From assembly GCA_036555275.1 (NCBI GenBank), contig DATBLR010000041.1:1711-65710 (forward strand): a stretch of DNA of 64,000 nucleotides, in the 5' to 3' direction. The notes below the pieces were generated by a model. The model was not told where the DNA came from and searched no databases. It saw only the letters and a program-made list of their open reading frames with translations. The DNA is from Gemmatimonadales bacterium (lineage in GTDB: Bacteria > Gemmatimonadota > Gemmatimonadetes > Gemmatimonadales > GWC2-71-9). A program made the position numbers and the translations under genes. Positions 25,564 to 33,979 of this stretch are shown here, in pieces (the first letter of the stretch is position 1; each line of letters begins with the position of its first letter).

Positions 25564-25800
25564 ATGCACAGCATCTCCCACCGCGGCTTCCGAATCACGG
25601 CTCGCCCGTACCAGTTGCTGGCGACCGGGCACTGGACCATCGACATCGAGATTTCCCGCAAAGGTCACCTGCGTACCTTCAGCTCCGACGATCGTTACCT
25701 GAACGAACAGGAAGCAATCGCGCAATCATTTGCCTTTGCGCGCCGCATCATCGCCGGAGAGATCTCCGGATGCTCCGTAGCCAGCCTGCACCAGGGCTGA
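25564..25800 (+). CDS. hypothetical small protein, tandem paralogue B
   Basis: ORF 78 aa. SHRGFRITARPYQLLATGHWTIDIEISR...ARRIIAGEISGCSVASL, colinear with 25304..25534. Confidence 0.6.
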   Translation: MHSISHRGFRITARPYQLLATGHWTIDIEISRKGHLRTFSSDDRYLNEQEAIAQSFAFARRIIAGEISGCSVASLHQG

Positions 25801-25929
25801 GGTTCGCTTGGCTCGGCGGGCGCCAGCTCGTCACCGTCCTGCGGGATCTCGGACAACCAGTTAGATTTCCGCATCCGCCAATGGCTCGACAAGGCGGCGC
25901 GTGCATTCTATCCCAGAAAGTAGTGTCCC

Positions 25930-26325
25930 GTGCCCAACGTCCCAGACTTCTCCGACCAGTCCGCTGCGGGCCCGCCCCGGATCGCCATCGCTGATCGTCT
26001 CCGCCAACGTCTGGCCCTCGCTGGCCAGATAGTTGACCGTCGGCGTGGCGCGACGCGCCCACGGAGCCGAATGCCCAAGGAACCACCGGCCGCGGTGCCC
26101 CCTCGTCCAATTCCGGCCGACCCAGCCCTCGCGCGCGAGCGGGCCTGCCTCCGCATGATCTTTCGCGAGTTGGGGGACGCTCACCGGCGCTACCGCCTCC
26201 GGACCCGGATTCCGGGAACGCCCGCCCTTCGGGCGGCGGCGTACGCCTTCAAGCAGGAGCCCAGCGTGCTCTCACTGGTGCCAGTGGCGGCCTTCTTGGA
26301 CGACCTCGGTATCCTGCCCTGGTGA
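25930..26325 (+). CDS. hypothetical protein (start uncertain; ATG 26071 with GGAG is an alternative)
   Basis: ORF 131 aa. GC-rich third positions. TGA stop lies inside GGTGAC of the following short attC. Confidence 0.4.
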   Translation: MPNVPDFSDQSAAGPPRIAIADRLRQRLALAGQIVDRRRGATRPRSRMPKEPPAAVPPRPIPADPALARERACLRMIFRELGDAHRRYRLRTRIPGTPALRAAAYAFKQEPSVLSLVPVAAFLDDLGILPW

Positions 26326-26372
26326 CTGGCGCGGAGCAGGGCCTGTCGCGCTCCCGCAGGTAATCGTCAGGC
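26321..26372 (+). repeat. short attC-like site
   Basis: GGTGACTGGCGCGGAGCAGGGCCTGTCGCGCTCCCGCAGGTAATCGTCAGGC. GCGGAGC and GCTCCCGC are complementary. It ends with GTCAGGC. Confidence 0.5.
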
Positions 26373-26392
26373 GGCTTACTCCCTTCCCGGCC

Positions 26393-26977
26393 ATGGACCG
26401 AGGTCCAACCCACTTCCCCGCGGGCGGCCTTTCGTGCCTGGCTCCGAAGGCACCACAAGACAGCCGATAGCCTGATCCTCCAGATTGCCAAGAATCACGC
26501 GGCATCACTGGGGATCACCTATGCCCAAGCCCTGGACGAAGCCCTGTGCTTTGGCTGGATCGACGGAGTGCGCCGGCGCCTGGACAAGGCAGTTTTTCCA
26601 TCCGCTTCACCCCCAGAAAGCTTCGTAGCATCTGGAGTCGAGTGAACGTTCGCCATGTGGAGCGCCTCATCCAGGAGGGGCGCATGGCCAGGCGGGCCTC
26701 TTTTCAGGCACGGGAGGACAGCCGGACCGGCGTCTACTGCTTCGAGCAGCGTCCGACCCAACTCGGCAAGGCACACTTAGCGGCGTTTCGAGAGAATCGG
26801 CGGGCGTGGGCCTACTTCCAGCAGGAGACCCCCTGGTACCGGCGGACCAGCAGCTTCTGGGTACTGAGTGCCAAGCGCGAGGACACCCAGCGCAAGCGCC
26901 TGGTAATCCTGATCGCATGTTCCGCAAACGGCGAGCGCGTCCCTCCGTTGCGGCGGTCATCGCCCGGCGCCACCTAA
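26393..26977 (+). pseudogene. YdeI/OmpD-associated family protein, frameshifted
   Basis: AAFRAWLRRHHKTADSLILQIAKNH...YAQALDEALCFGWIDGVRRRLDK, then a frame change to SFSIRFTPRKLRSIWSRVNVRHVERLIQEGRM...WVLSAKREDTQRKRL. A further shift lies near the ATG. Confidence 0.65.
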
Positions 26978-27023
26978 CTACCACATGAAGGACAGTGGCG
27001 CGAGGCTTCATGCGATGTACCAC
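26972..27023 (+). repeat. short attC-like site, family 2 arms
   Basis: ACCTAACTACCACATGAAGGACAGTGGCGCGAGGCTTCATGCGATGTACCAC. TAA stop lies in ACCTAAC. Confidence 0.5.
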
Positions 27024-27143
27024 AGGCTCCCCCCCGAGTCGCTCGCCCAGCGTCAGGACCGCCACCCCGCTATCTTAGATACAGACGCCTAGCTCCCTTC
27101 CGGCGTCCCCTCTTGCCGCGGGCTCGCCGCCCCGGGAGCACTC

Positions 27144-27503
27144 ATGGAGACCTCGACCCAAGCTCAGAAACGCGAGCGGGCAACCGCTTTTCCTCCCCCC
27201 AGTGGCGCCGCTCCGACCTGTGGGCTCCTCGACGTACACTGGGACAGCCCGTTTGATCGCCTGTGCTTTCTGGTCTCGGCGCCAGATCTGGCGATCAAGA
27301 ACAACCGCCGATATACCAGGTTGTTGGCCGAGCTCATGACGGGATCCGGGTGTACCGAGGAAGAGGTCTTGGCCCATGGCAACAAGGTCCGCGCCTATCT
27401 CTTCTTCGCCCAGGATCGCCTGAGAAGAGAGGGGCAGCTCGACCGGCTCACTGGCAAGGAGAAGTACTCCTATCAGCTCCCGCCGGTAGCTCCCGCCTTC
27501 TAG
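27144..27503 (+). CDS. hypothetical protein
   Basis: ORF 119 aa with ATG start. No family recognised. Confidence 0.5.
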   Translation: METSTQAQKRERATAFPPPSGAAPTCGLLDVHWDSPFDRLCFLVSAPDLAIKNNRRYTRLLAELMTGSGCTEEEVLAHGNKVRAYLFFAQDRLRREGQLDRLTGKEKYSYQLPPVAPAF

Positions 27504-27585
27504 TGGGCCGAAGGTGCACAGGTGGCGGCGCTCCGGCAGGCCGCCGCCACGGTCTCGCCCTCCAGCTCATCCGCGGGCGTCTGGC
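27497..27585 (+). repeat. attC-like site, family 1 right arm
   Basis: Central perfect stem GGTGGCGGCG/CCGCCGCCAC. Right arm CTCCAGCTCATCCGCGGGCGTCTGGC is nearly identical to the arm ending at 14247. Confidence 0.55.
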
Positions 27586-27621
27586 CGCATCCGCGCGGCT
27601 TAACCGACGTTTCCTTCCAGC

Positions 27622-28272
27622 GTGACCCAGGGCCGACCTCAGTCTCGCCGCGAGGAGCTCGCGAATGTCTTGACCCACGGCTCCGGACTCGCCGCCAGCC
27701 TCGTGGGGCTCCCGCCGCTCGTTTGGGTGGTGAGTGCCCACGGCGACGCCCGGCAGATTGTGGCCTGCTGGGTGTTCGCCACCAGCCTCGTGACCCTCTA
27801 CACCGCCTCAACCATCTACCACGTGCTCCCGACCTCGCCAGCCAAGCAGGTCCTGCGAATCATCGATCACGTGGCGATCTACCTTCTCATTGCCGGGAGC
27901 TACACCCCCTTCACCCTCGGTGTCTTGCGCGGAGCCTGGGGTTATACGCTGTTTGGGCTGATCTGGACCCTAGCCGCCGTCGGGGTCCTCCACAAAACCC
28001 TTCTCGGCTTTCGCTTCCCGCGGGTGTCCACGCTTATGTACCTGGGAATGGGCTGGTTAGCGGTCGTGGCCGTCGCGCCACTCGCCCGGGCCCTCCCGGC
28101 TGGGGGCCTCGCGTGGCTTCTGGCCGGTGGCTTGTGCTACACCGCCGGGGTCGCACTTTTCGTCCGGGACCACCTCCCCTACCGGCACGCCCTTTGGCAT
28201 GTCTTTGTGTTGGCCGGAAGCACCTGTCACTACGCGGCCGTCCTACTGTATGCTACGGGTCCGCTCCCGTGA
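27622..28272 (+). CDS. hemolysin III family (PAQR) membrane protein
   Basis: ORF 216 aa with GTG start. EELANVLTHGSG...STIYH...IIDHVAIYLLIAGSYTPF...HALWHVFVLAGSTCHY. Confidence 0.85.
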   Translation: MTQGRPQSRREELANVLTHGSGLAASLVGLPPLVWVVSAHGDARQIVACWVFATSLVTLYTASTIYHVLPTSPAKQVLRIIDHVAIYLLIAGSYTPFTLGVLRGAWGYTLFGLIWTLAAVGVLHKTLLGFRFPRVSTLMYLGMGWLAVVAVAPLARALPAGGLAWLLAGGLCYTAGVALFVRDHLPYRHALWHVFVLAGSTCHYAAVLLYATGPLP

Positions 28273-28345
28273 CGGACCATTCCTGGAAGCAGCCTGTCCG
28301 TCGCATGGAGCTCGCAGAGAGCGGCTCAGGCGCAAGTCGTTAGAC
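28267..28345 (+). repeat. attC-like site (degenerate)
   Basis: CCGTGACGGACC...GTCCGTC...CAGGCGCAAGTCGTTAGAC. TGA stop lies in the first heptamer. Ends with GTTAGAC. Confidence 0.45.
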
Positions 28346-28488
28346 CCTCCACGACAAGCTGTCTCCGACCCTTCCCTTATAGCCAGCGTGCAGCTGGTTC
28401 CCAGGTTAGCTTTCTCTTGTCGACCTCCGATCCCGCTGCTGGTGCCCAGCACCATCTCCGGTTCGTCTTTCCCCGACCCGGAGCTTTT

Positions 28489-28809
28489 ATGTCCGCCTTC
28501 AAGCCCCAGCAGCGCCATCTTACCATCCGCGGCCGCGCTTTTCATTTCGTTTCATACGAAGGGCGCCCCACTAATCGCCGCCGCGCGCAGCTGCCGTACC
28601 CTGCCATGTGGTACCTCATGGTCGAGGGCCGCCGGTGCCCAGTGCTCCCGTGCGATACCACCTTGTCCCTGCCTCAGCTGGATGCTGCCTTGAGCGCCTG
28701 GGCTGAGGACAATGCCCTGGGCCCCGTAGAGTCGACACCAGTCGCGCCGACCATCAGCCGGGCCGCTGGCAACAACCCCCGCTACGAGAACTGGTGGGGG
28801 CCTAACTAG
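28489..28809 (+). CDS. uncharacterised cassette family, paralogue 2
   Basis: ORF 28417..28809 trimmed to ATG 28489 (GGAG upstream). MSAFKPQQRHLTIRGRAFHFVSYEGRP...PAMWYLMVEGRRCP...WAEDNALGPVE...NWWGPN. The last two codons are the GCCTAAC heptamer. Confidence 0.7.
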   Translation: MSAFKPQQRHLTIRGRAFHFVSYEGRPTNRRRAQLPYPAMWYLMVEGRRCPVLPCDTTLSLPQLDAALSAWAEDNALGPVESTPVAPTISRAAGNNPRYENWWGPN

Positions 28810-28926
28810 CGCATGGACTAGTCGGGGCGCGGCCGCCGGTTGTCTCGGCTCTGGCACGCCTAGCCGCCCTCGATCTATGGTTCCTGGACGTGCCCGCGCC
28901 CCGCAGGAGATGCGCGGGCGTTCAAC
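28800..28926 (+). repeat. integron attC site, family 1
   Basis: GCCTAACTAGCGCATGGACTAGTCGGGGCGCGGCCGCCGG ... CGCCCCGCAGGAGATGCGCGGGCGTTCAAC. 127 bp. Confidence 0.9.
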
Positions 28927-28958
28927 GGCCTCCCACGGCCCTTGCCTCGACCCACTCT

Positions 28959-29558
28959 GTGGCCAGCCCGCTCGATTCCTTCATCCCGACCTGTGATGCC
29001 CGAGAGCGCTTTCAGCTCCGGGTCCGGGCCCCAGCTGCCTTGCTGTATCAGACGGCCGCCGAGTTCGATTTCCAATCCTTGTCCCTCGTCCGGGCCATCT
29101 TCTGGCTCCGGACTCGTCTTCTCGGCTCCAAGCCCGGTCCGCCAACCGCACCCTCGCAAGGGTTTCTCGCTGGGGCACCAAGCCTCGGATGGGGTGTCCT
29201 TCGGGAGGAACCAGGACGCCTCTTCATCGCCGGAGCCCACTGCCAGCCCTGGCTCCCCGACGTGGTCTTCCACCCGCTCACCGCGGTCAGCTTCGGCCCC
29301 TTCGCCGCGCCAAGCCAGGTCAAGATCGCGTGGACCCTCGAGGTCGAGCCACTGGATGAATCCCACTCTACCCTCGCGACAGAAACCCGGGCTGCGGCCA
29401 CCGACGCGGAGGCCCGCCGACTTTTCCGGTCCTACTGGCGCTGGGCCCGGTTTGGGGTCCATTCCATCCGCTGGCTCCTCCTTCCAGCGATCCGGCGCCA
29501 GGCGCAGGAACGCTACCACTCGACGCATCCCGCACCCACAAACCCAGATGGCACCTGA
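28959..29558 (+). CDS. SRPBCC-like hypothetical protein
   Basis: ORF 28890..29558 trimmed to GTG 28959 (start uncertain). RERFQLRVRAPAALLY...LATETRAAATDAEARRLFRSYWRW. Confidence 0.5.
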   Translation: MASPLDSFIPTCDARERFQLRVRAPAALLYQTAAEFDFQSLSLVRAIFWLRTRLLGSKPGPPTAPSQGFLAGAPSLGWGVLREEPGRLFIAGAHCQPWLPDVVFHPLTAVSFGPFAAPSQVKIAWTLEVEPLDESHSTLATETRAAATDAEARRLFRSYWRWARFGVHSIRWLLLPAIRRQAQERYHSTHPAPTNPDGT

Positions 29559-29564
29559 TCGGTC

Positions 29565-29641
29565 GCCTAACTACCGCAGGACGCCACCCGCGGGCTTGCC
29601 CTGCCGCCCTGCGGTCGGCAGCTTATGCGCGGCCGCAAAAG
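29565..29641 (+). repeat. integron attC site, family 2 (short)
   Basis: GCCTAACTACCGCAGGACGCC...CGGCAGCTTATGCGCGGCCGCAAAAG. Confidence 0.65.
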
Positions 29642-29663
29642 CGCATTCCCCTGCGAGGCTCGC

Positions 29664-30098
29664 ATGCCGACTTCCCAGAACTGGGCCGCCTGGGCCCTGC
29701 TCTCCGCTGCCTTCGCGGCACTGACGGCCATCTTCGCGAAGGTCGGCCTCGAGGGCATCGATTCCGACTACGCCACTCTCGTGCGCACCGGCATCATCCT
29801 GGTCGTGCTTGCCGTCCTCGTCGCAATGCTTGGGAAATGGAGGGACCCCACTACCCTCCCGGGGCGCTCGCTGACCTTCCTGACCCTCTCCGGGTTGGCC
29901 ACCGGAGCCTCATGGCTGTGCTACTTTCGCGCCCTCAAGGTCGGCGACGCAACGAGGGTCGCTCCCATCGACAAGTTCAGCGTTGTCCTGGTAGCCATCT
30001 TCGCCACGGTGTTCCTCGGCGAACGCCCGAGCCTCCGGGACTGGTCCGGCGTTGCCTTGGTGAGCGCCGGGGTTCTTCTGCTCAGCATCCGAAAGTAG
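29664..30098 (+). CDS. EamA-family (single-domain DMT) transporter
   Basis: ORF 29625..30098 trimmed to ATG 29664. 144 aa with four or five hydrophobic helices. ATGASWLCYFRALKVGDATRVAPIDKFSVV. Confidence 0.75.
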   Translation: MPTSQNWAAWALLSAAFAALTAIFAKVGLEGIDSDYATLVRTGIILVVLAVLVAMLGKWRDPTTLPGRSLTFLTLSGLATGASWLCYFRALKVGDATRVAPIDKFSVVLVAIFATVFLGERPSLRDWSGVALVSAGVLLLSIRK

Positions 30099-30341
30099 CT
30101 CCGGCCCTGTCGCCATTCGGGGGCTTTGACAAACTCCGCTACGGAACCGATTCTCCTGGCGGTCGGGCTCTTTCTGGGCTTCAAAGCCTATTCACCGGCC
30201 ACCGGTTCCAAGCATGATGGCGACTGACGGCTCCCGGTCGGCAGGGGCGCTGTGCCGTGCCCATCGCGCGCAGCGTCGGAAGCTGATGCAGAGGCCCCGG
30301 CAATCGCCACGCTCCATAGCTATGCCACCAGGAAAACGACC

Positions 30342-30479
30342 ATGACCGCCAGGACCGTCCGGGCCGTCGCCATCGGCATTCTGGTCACCGTCGCTGTCAC
30401 GACCCTCGTCGACATCGTTTGCCCCACAGGTCATCGCTGCTTGCCTGCCGCCGCCGCAGCCAGTGGCACGGCCAGCTAA
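30342..30479 (+). CDS. possible 45-aa membrane peptide
   Basis: ATG 30342 within ORF 30252..30479. MTARTVRAVAIGILVTVAVTTLVDIV. Followed by hairpin 30483-30508. Confidence 0.25.
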   Translation: MTARTVRAVAIGILVTVAVTTLVDIVCPTGHRCLPAAAAASGTAS

Positions 30480-30529
30480 GTTACACGGGAATCTCAGAGA
30501 TCCCGTGTGTCCCAACCCGGGTAGTTCCG

Positions 30530-30778
30530 ATGCCCAAGCGCCTCCAAGTCTACCAAACCCCGGAGATTACGGTCACCTTCGATCCCAATCTCTGCATCCA
30601 CTCAGGCAACTGCGTCCGGGGGCTCCCCGAGGTGTTCGACGTCCGCCGCAAACGCTGGGTTCGGCCGGAGCTTGCTTCGCCTGATGCCGTGGCCGCTCAG
30701 GTGGCCCACTGTCCCTCGGGTGCCCTTCAGTTTCACCGGCCCGCACAGCCAAACCCGCCGGCCAGTGCCAGCCAATGA
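30530..30778 (+). CDS. divergent 4Fe-4S mono-cluster (Fer4_19-type) protein
   Basis: ORF 30419..30778 trimmed to ATG 30530. ITVTFDPNLCIHSGNCVRGLPEVFD...WVRPE...CPSGAL. Confidence 0.7.
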   Translation: MPKRLQVYQTPEITVTFDPNLCIHSGNCVRGLPEVFDVRRKRWVRPELASPDAVAAQVAHCPSGALQFHRPAQPNPPASASQ

Positions 30779-30891
30779 CCGCATGAATCCATCACGGCGT
30801 GGCGATCGGTGAACTGGAGGCAGCCATGACCCGGAGCGGCCAGGCCCGGCGCACCAGCCGCCGCCATGCAGCTTCCGCGGGGACGTTAGGC
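30774..30891 (+). repeat. integron attC site, family 2
   Basis: AATGACCGCATGAATCCATCACGGCGTGGCGATCGG ... CATGCAGCTTCCGCGGGGACGTTAGGC. TGA stop lies in the left end. Confidence 0.75.
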
Positions 30892-30906
30892 ATCATAGGA
30901 GCCGCG

Positions 30907-31236
30907 ATGCGAATCACGGACATCCCGTTTCAGACTACCGATTGGGCCACCGTCGCTCCCACGGAGCATCCGGGCGCGGTGGGCACTGCCCTCTGGCGCA
31001 CCAAGAGCCACGGCCACCTCCGACTCCGGGTGGTGGACTACTCTCCGGGCTACCAGGCCGATCACTGGTGCGAGAAGGGGCATATTCTGCTCTGCCTGGA
31101 GGGCGAACTCCACACCCAGCTCCAGGACGATCGCGTCGTCGTCCTGCGGCCGGGCATGAGCTACGAGGTCGCCGATGGAGCGCAGCCCCACCGCTCCTCA
31201 ACTCCGACCGGGGCCAAGTTGTTCATTGTCGACTAG
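30907..31236 (+). CDS. cupin domain protein
   Basis: ORF 30799..31236 trimmed to ATG 30907. YSPGYQADHWCEKGHILLCLEGEL...GMSYEV. Confidence 0.7.
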   Translation: MRITDIPFQTTDWATVAPTEHPGAVGTALWRTKSHGHLRLRVVDYSPGYQADHWCEKGHILLCLEGELHTQLQDDRVVVLRPGMSYEVADGAQPHRSSTPTGAKLFIVD

Positions 31237-31247
31237 TAGCCTGCGGC

Positions 31248-31281
31248 CTGCCCCCCGACCCCTGACAAGCGACGGGGGCAG
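31248..31281. terminator. hairpin between convergent genes
   Basis: CTGCCCCC (31248-31255) and GGGGGCAG (31274-31281). 8-bp GC stem between the cupin gene (+) and the cysteine-synthase-like gene (-). Confidence 0.4.
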
Positions 31282-31304
31282 CCGTGGGCGATCGCCAGCA
31301 GTTC

Positions 31305-32228
31305 CTATCTCCTCATATACACATCGGTGCCCAGGTACTTCAGGCCAGAGTCGACCATCAGTGTGACCACCTTGGCAGCCGGCCCCAGCCGCTCTGCTAC
31401 CTGAATCGCGGCGATGACGTTTGCTCCGGAGGACGTCCCTGCGAAGAGGGCCTCCTCCCGCGCGAGGCGCCTGGCCATCTTCTTCGCGTCATCTGTCTTG
31501 ACCGGCAGGATGTCGTCCACGAGAGTCGGGTCCCAGAGTGGAGGAGTGTAGCCAATCCCGACACCTTCAATCTTGTGGGGCCCTGGCTGACCCCCCCGCA
31601 ACACCGCAGATTCGGCAGGTTCGACAACGACGATCTTGATACCCGGTTTGTATCGCTTCAGCACGGTGGCGACCCCGCGCGACGAAGCCGCCGTACCCAC
31701 ACAGTGAACGAACGCGTCGATCTCTCCGTTCGTTTGGCTCCAGATCTCCTCGCCCAGAGAGTAGTAGCCCGCGATGCTGTCATGGTTCTTGAGCTGGTCG
31801 GTCCAGTACGTGTGAGGCTCCAAGCTCAACACGCGGGCGGCCTCAATCATGTCCAGGATCAGTTTCTTGGTGGTAAGGCCTCCTTCACTCCGGACCAGCG
31901 TCAGTTCCGCACCCAGCGCCGCAATTTGATCCAGCTTTTCCCGGCTGAACGCATCAGAGCTGACGATCCGCAGGCGGTAGCCTCTGGCGGCACAGACCAA
32001 GGCGAGCGATGCCCCCGTGCTGCCCCCGGTGTACTCGACAACGGTGTCTCCGGGCTTCAGTCGACCATCCTCCTCCGCCCGGGAAATCACCGCCTGCGCC
32101 ATCCGGTCCTTGACACTGCCGGTTGGGTTCTCCCACTCGAGCTTGACGAAGATGTCGGCACAATTGGCCGGCACGACCTTGTGAAGGCGAACCATGGATG
32201 TGTTGCCAATGGCGTCGAGAATGTCCAT
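31305..32228 (-). CDS. PLP-dependent cysteine synthase family protein
   Basis: ORF 307 aa. LEWENPTGSVKDRMA, GGSTGASLA, GTSSGANV motifs. Reverse orientation in the array. Confidence 0.85.
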   Translation of the reverse strand: MDILDAIGNTSMVRLHKVVPANCADIFVKLEWENPTGSVKDRMAQAVISRAEEDGRLKPGDTVVEYTGGSTGASLALVCAARGYRLRIVSSDAFSREKLDQIAALGAELTLVRSEGGLTTKKLILDMIEAARVLSLEPHTYWTDQLKNHDSIAGYYSLGEEIWSQTNGEIDAFVHCVGTAASSRGVATVLKRYKPGIKIVVVEPAESAVLRGGQPGPHKIEGVGIGYTPPLWDPTLVDDILPVKTDDAKKMARRLAREEALFAGTSSGANVIAAIQVAERLGPAAKVVTLMVDSGLKYLGTDVYMRR

Positions 32229-32469
32229 GAGTCCGCTCTCCCTCTGCTGATTGTCAATCCTCGGACAGGCACGGCACTCCTGCGGTCTACCAATGATGCC
32301 AGAGCAAGGCCCGCTCGACTGAGCCCGCAGCCCATCGCGGCAGTGACCAGAGGCACGCTCCCTGTCCAGGATGGCTTGTCGCCGCTCACCCCGGCCTGCA
32401 GCTTATACAGGATCGCTGCGCAGACAAGTCGAGCGGCAATCAGTCATTGAGCCTCCAGGACCACAGGCC

Positions 32470-32937
32470 ATGGTAGCGAAACCGCGGACCATCGACGAGT
32501 ACCTTGCGCGCCTAAGCACGGAGAAGCGGGATGCGCTGGAGAGACTTCGCAGGGCCATCAGGTCTGCGGCGCCCGCTGCCGAAGAGTGCATCAGCTACCG
32601 GGTCCCCGCCTTCTTCCTTGGTGGAAAGATCCTCGTAGCCTTTGCTGCGGCCACGAACCACTGCGCCTTCTACGCCGGTGCTCACCCCGTGCAAGCTCAT
32701 AAGGACCAACTCAAGGCCTACGACACCAGCAAGGGCACCATCCGCTTTGAAGCAGACAGCCCCTTACCGGCCACCCTGGTCCGGAAGCTGGTAAAGACGC
32801 GGATCGCGGAACGCGCCGCCCGACCTTCACGTCACACACCGCGAACCCGCGGCCGATCTGCGGGTGAGCGGCGGCGTCGCCCCGCCCGCCGCAACACCAC
32901 CCCGCGTGCACATGCAGGCCACCGAGGAAAGCGCTGA
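32470..32937 (+). CDS. DUF1801 (YdhG-like) domain protein
   Basis: ORF 32371..32937 trimmed to ATG 32470. IDEYLARLSTEKRDALERLRRAIRSAAPAAEECISYRVPAF...KGTIRF. Arg-rich C-terminal extension. Confidence 0.7.
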   Translation: MVAKPRTIDEYLARLSTEKRDALERLRRAIRSAAPAAEECISYRVPAFFLGGKILVAFAAATNHCAFYAGAHPVQAHKDQLKAYDTSKGTIRFEADSPLPATLVRKLVKTRIAERAARPSRHTPRTRGRSAGERRRRPARRNTTPRAHAGHRGKR

Positions 32938-33016
32938 CCCGTCGGTCCAGCGCGCACTCGCGCCGATGGCAGCGGACCGGCTCGACGCCGCCACGGCATT
33001 CTCGCGCGCGCTTTGC

Positions 33017-33460
33017 TCAGTTCAGCCCTGCGACCACCCGCTCCAGGCCGCTGATGAACCGCTGCCAGCCGTAGCTAGCCCCCTGGTAGTTTTGCTCTTC
33101 TTCGGGCCGGAAGCCCGACTGCTCCATGCGCACGAGAACGCCGCTCCTGGTCGGCCTGAGCGTCCAGGTAACGACCGTCTTCAGTCCCCCCGCCGCCGCC
33201 TCTCCCGACGCGTTCCAGCTGTACGAGAGCCGTCTATGGGGTTCGACGACCAGGACCTGGCAGTCGGTTACCCCGTTCCAATGCGGCATGGGCGGGGCGC
33301 GGAACGTGAACCGGTGGCCAACGACCGGCTGGAAGTCGTTCTTCATCAGCCATTGCTCAATCAGCGGAGTTTGGGTGAGGGCGCGCCAGACCTTTTCCGG
33401 CGGATGCGGCAGCTCCCGTTCGATCACGAGGGAACGCGTGGCGGCGGTGTGTTGGGTCAT
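33017..33460 (-). CDS. SRPBCC family protein (AHSA1/Aha1-like)
   Basis: ORF 147 aa. IERELPHPPEKVWRALTQTPLIEQW...TWTLRPTRSGVLVRMEQSGF. ATGA overlap with the upstream arsR-type gene. Confidence 0.8.
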   Translation of the reverse strand: MTQHTAATRSLVIERELPHPPEKVWRALTQTPLIEQWLMKNDFQPVVGHRFTFRAPPMPHWNGVTDCQVLVVEPHRRLSYSWNASGEAAAGGLKTVVTWTLRPTRSGVLVRMEQSGFRPEEEQNYQGASYGWQRFISGLERVVAGLN

Positions 33461-33780
33461 GGGCCCATCCTGTTGAGCAGGGTTTCGAGGCGATCGAAGT
33501 GGTCGCGCCAGAAGGCGGCGTAGTGGCCCATCCAGTCGATCAGGGGCGCCAGGGCTTGTGGCCGGGCGCTGTAGTGGGTCTGGCGTCCCTCGCGCCGGCG
33601 GCGCACCAGGCCAGCGTGCCTCAGAACGCCCAGGTGCTTGGAAACCGCTGGTTGGGAGACGCCGGCCCGGTCAGTGAGGGCCCGCACGGTCTGTTCGCCG
33701 TCTCGGCTCAACCGCTCGAAGATCGCCCGACGGGTCGGATCGGCCAGGGTGCTGAAAAGCACGTTCGCCGTTGTGGCCAT
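33457..33780 (-). CDS. ArsR/SmtB family transcriptional regulator
   Basis: ORF 107 aa. FSTLADPTRRAIFERLSRDGEQTVRALTDRAGVSQPAVSKHLGVLRHAGLV. Confidence 0.9.
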   Translation of the reverse strand: MATTANVLFSTLADPTRRAIFERLSRDGEQTVRALTDRAGVSQPAVSKHLGVLRHAGLVRRRREGRQTHYSARPQALAPLIDWMGHYAAFWRDHFDRLETLLNRMGP

Positions 33781-33790
33781 GGGACAATCA

Positions 33791-33806
33791 ATAACCCCGG
33801 GGTTAT
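33791..33806. promoter_or_regulatory. perfect 16-bp palindrome, ArsR operator candidate
   Basis: ATAACCCCGGGGTTAT, 11 nt upstream of the arsR-type start. Confidence 0.55.
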
Positions 33807-33979
33807 GAATCTGTCAAGCCGTCGGCCCTGTGCGAGCGCGGTCCCTCGCCGGCCTCCACCCTGCGGCCATCGGTTGGTTCCACCCTGGCACCGCCAGGTA
33901 TCCCCGCGTACAGTTCTTGAAACCGCCGCGGGCCGCAGGGGATTTGCGGTCGTCAGCGAGCCCTTGCCCCCGGTTCCTC

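Noticed and set aside
25861-26184. 107-aa minus-strand ORF overlapping 25930..26325.
   Set aside because: The + strand ORF has its stop embedded in the following attC heptamer and GC-rich third codon positions. The minus ORF has no start context. Neither has a recognised family, so only the + ORF is listed, at low confidence.
30483-30508. Hairpin ACACGGGAATCTCAGAGATCCCGTGT flanked by GTTAC...CCAAC as a possible attC.
   Set aside because: The heptamers are in the wrong relative order (GTT first, AAC last) and the stem is a simple short hairpin. A terminator after the 45-aa ORF is more likely.
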